64,000 nucleotides of DNA from Ruditapes philippinarum. Lineage: Eukaryota. The position numbers were made by a program, and so were the translations under genes. The DNA lies in contig NW_026864013.1 of NCBI RefSeq assembly GCF_026571515.1, forward strand, positions 1 to 64,000, in the 5' to 3' direction. Shown here piece by piece: positions 63,515 through 64,000 of the stretch. Below the pieces are notes generated by a model, which saw nothing but the letters and a program-made list of their open reading frames with translations, did not search any database and was not told the DNA's origin. Positions within the stretch are counted from its first letter, which is position 1. Each line of letters opens with the position of its first letter.

Positions 63515-64000
63515 CTATAAACAAAACAATGAACTTAAAACAATAGCTGTAATAACAATCTTTCACATGGTTCATACTTTTTACTATTTAAAAAAAGAAT
63601 AAATGCTTGAATGCATATTCCGATATTGGTTAGCAGAAAGAACAAATATAATTTTCGTACATGTATGACATTAGACTGAGTGAAATCAAGAATACTGTAT
63701 TCAAACATATAATTCTCTTTAATTTGTTTATTTGTATAATGTGCAAATGGAAATGAATACTAATTTCTAGTCCATTTTTGTTAGAAATTGAAGATTGTTG
63801 TTCACATGCATTTTTACAGTTGTCATGACTAAATACATATCTAAACTTAGTTCTTGGCCATACATTACAAGAGCACCATAAAGGCAGGACAATATACATG
63901 CTTGAGTAATCAATTATAATCCTTCAATTAAAGAAGCGATCCATTCATGACATTGGTCGAATGCATGTTTTATCTTCTCTTATAATAACAAGTGTGCTGG

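Overview
AT-rich eukaryotic genomic DNA with spliced genes. The repeat content (Helentron/HINE-type elements with ~145-167-bp arrays, tRNA-derived SINEs, DIRS) suggests a bivalve mollusc; this is an inference. Host genes reconstructed by hand from GT-AG exons: an intronless rhodopsin-class GPCR (15272-16492 +), the 3' six exons of a divergent SLC6 transporter (26449-29745 +), a small Myb/SANT-like gene cut by an insertion (30488-31652 +), NDUFS4 (44250-35230 -) head-to-head with CIAO2A/FAM96A (47022-51936 +), and the last exon of a C3orf38-like gene (63514-62627 -). Most of the rest is mobile DNA: three LINE fragments, a decayed DIRS element, a self-nested IS3EU-type composite, five HINE-type elements, two SINEs and several MITE families with TSDs. 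Most notable: (i) a hairpin-element family (possibly Crypton-related) that forms inverted dimers, keeps its hairpins through compensatory changes, and carries an arm-7nt-arm site whose spacer is flipped between subfamilies; (ii) an IS3EU composite built from two left ends and inserted into its own terminus; (iii) a tandem duplication in CIAO2A that could create an in-frame 30-nt micro-exon repeating the conserved PHC motif. No prokaryotic-type system (CRISPR, operon) is present.
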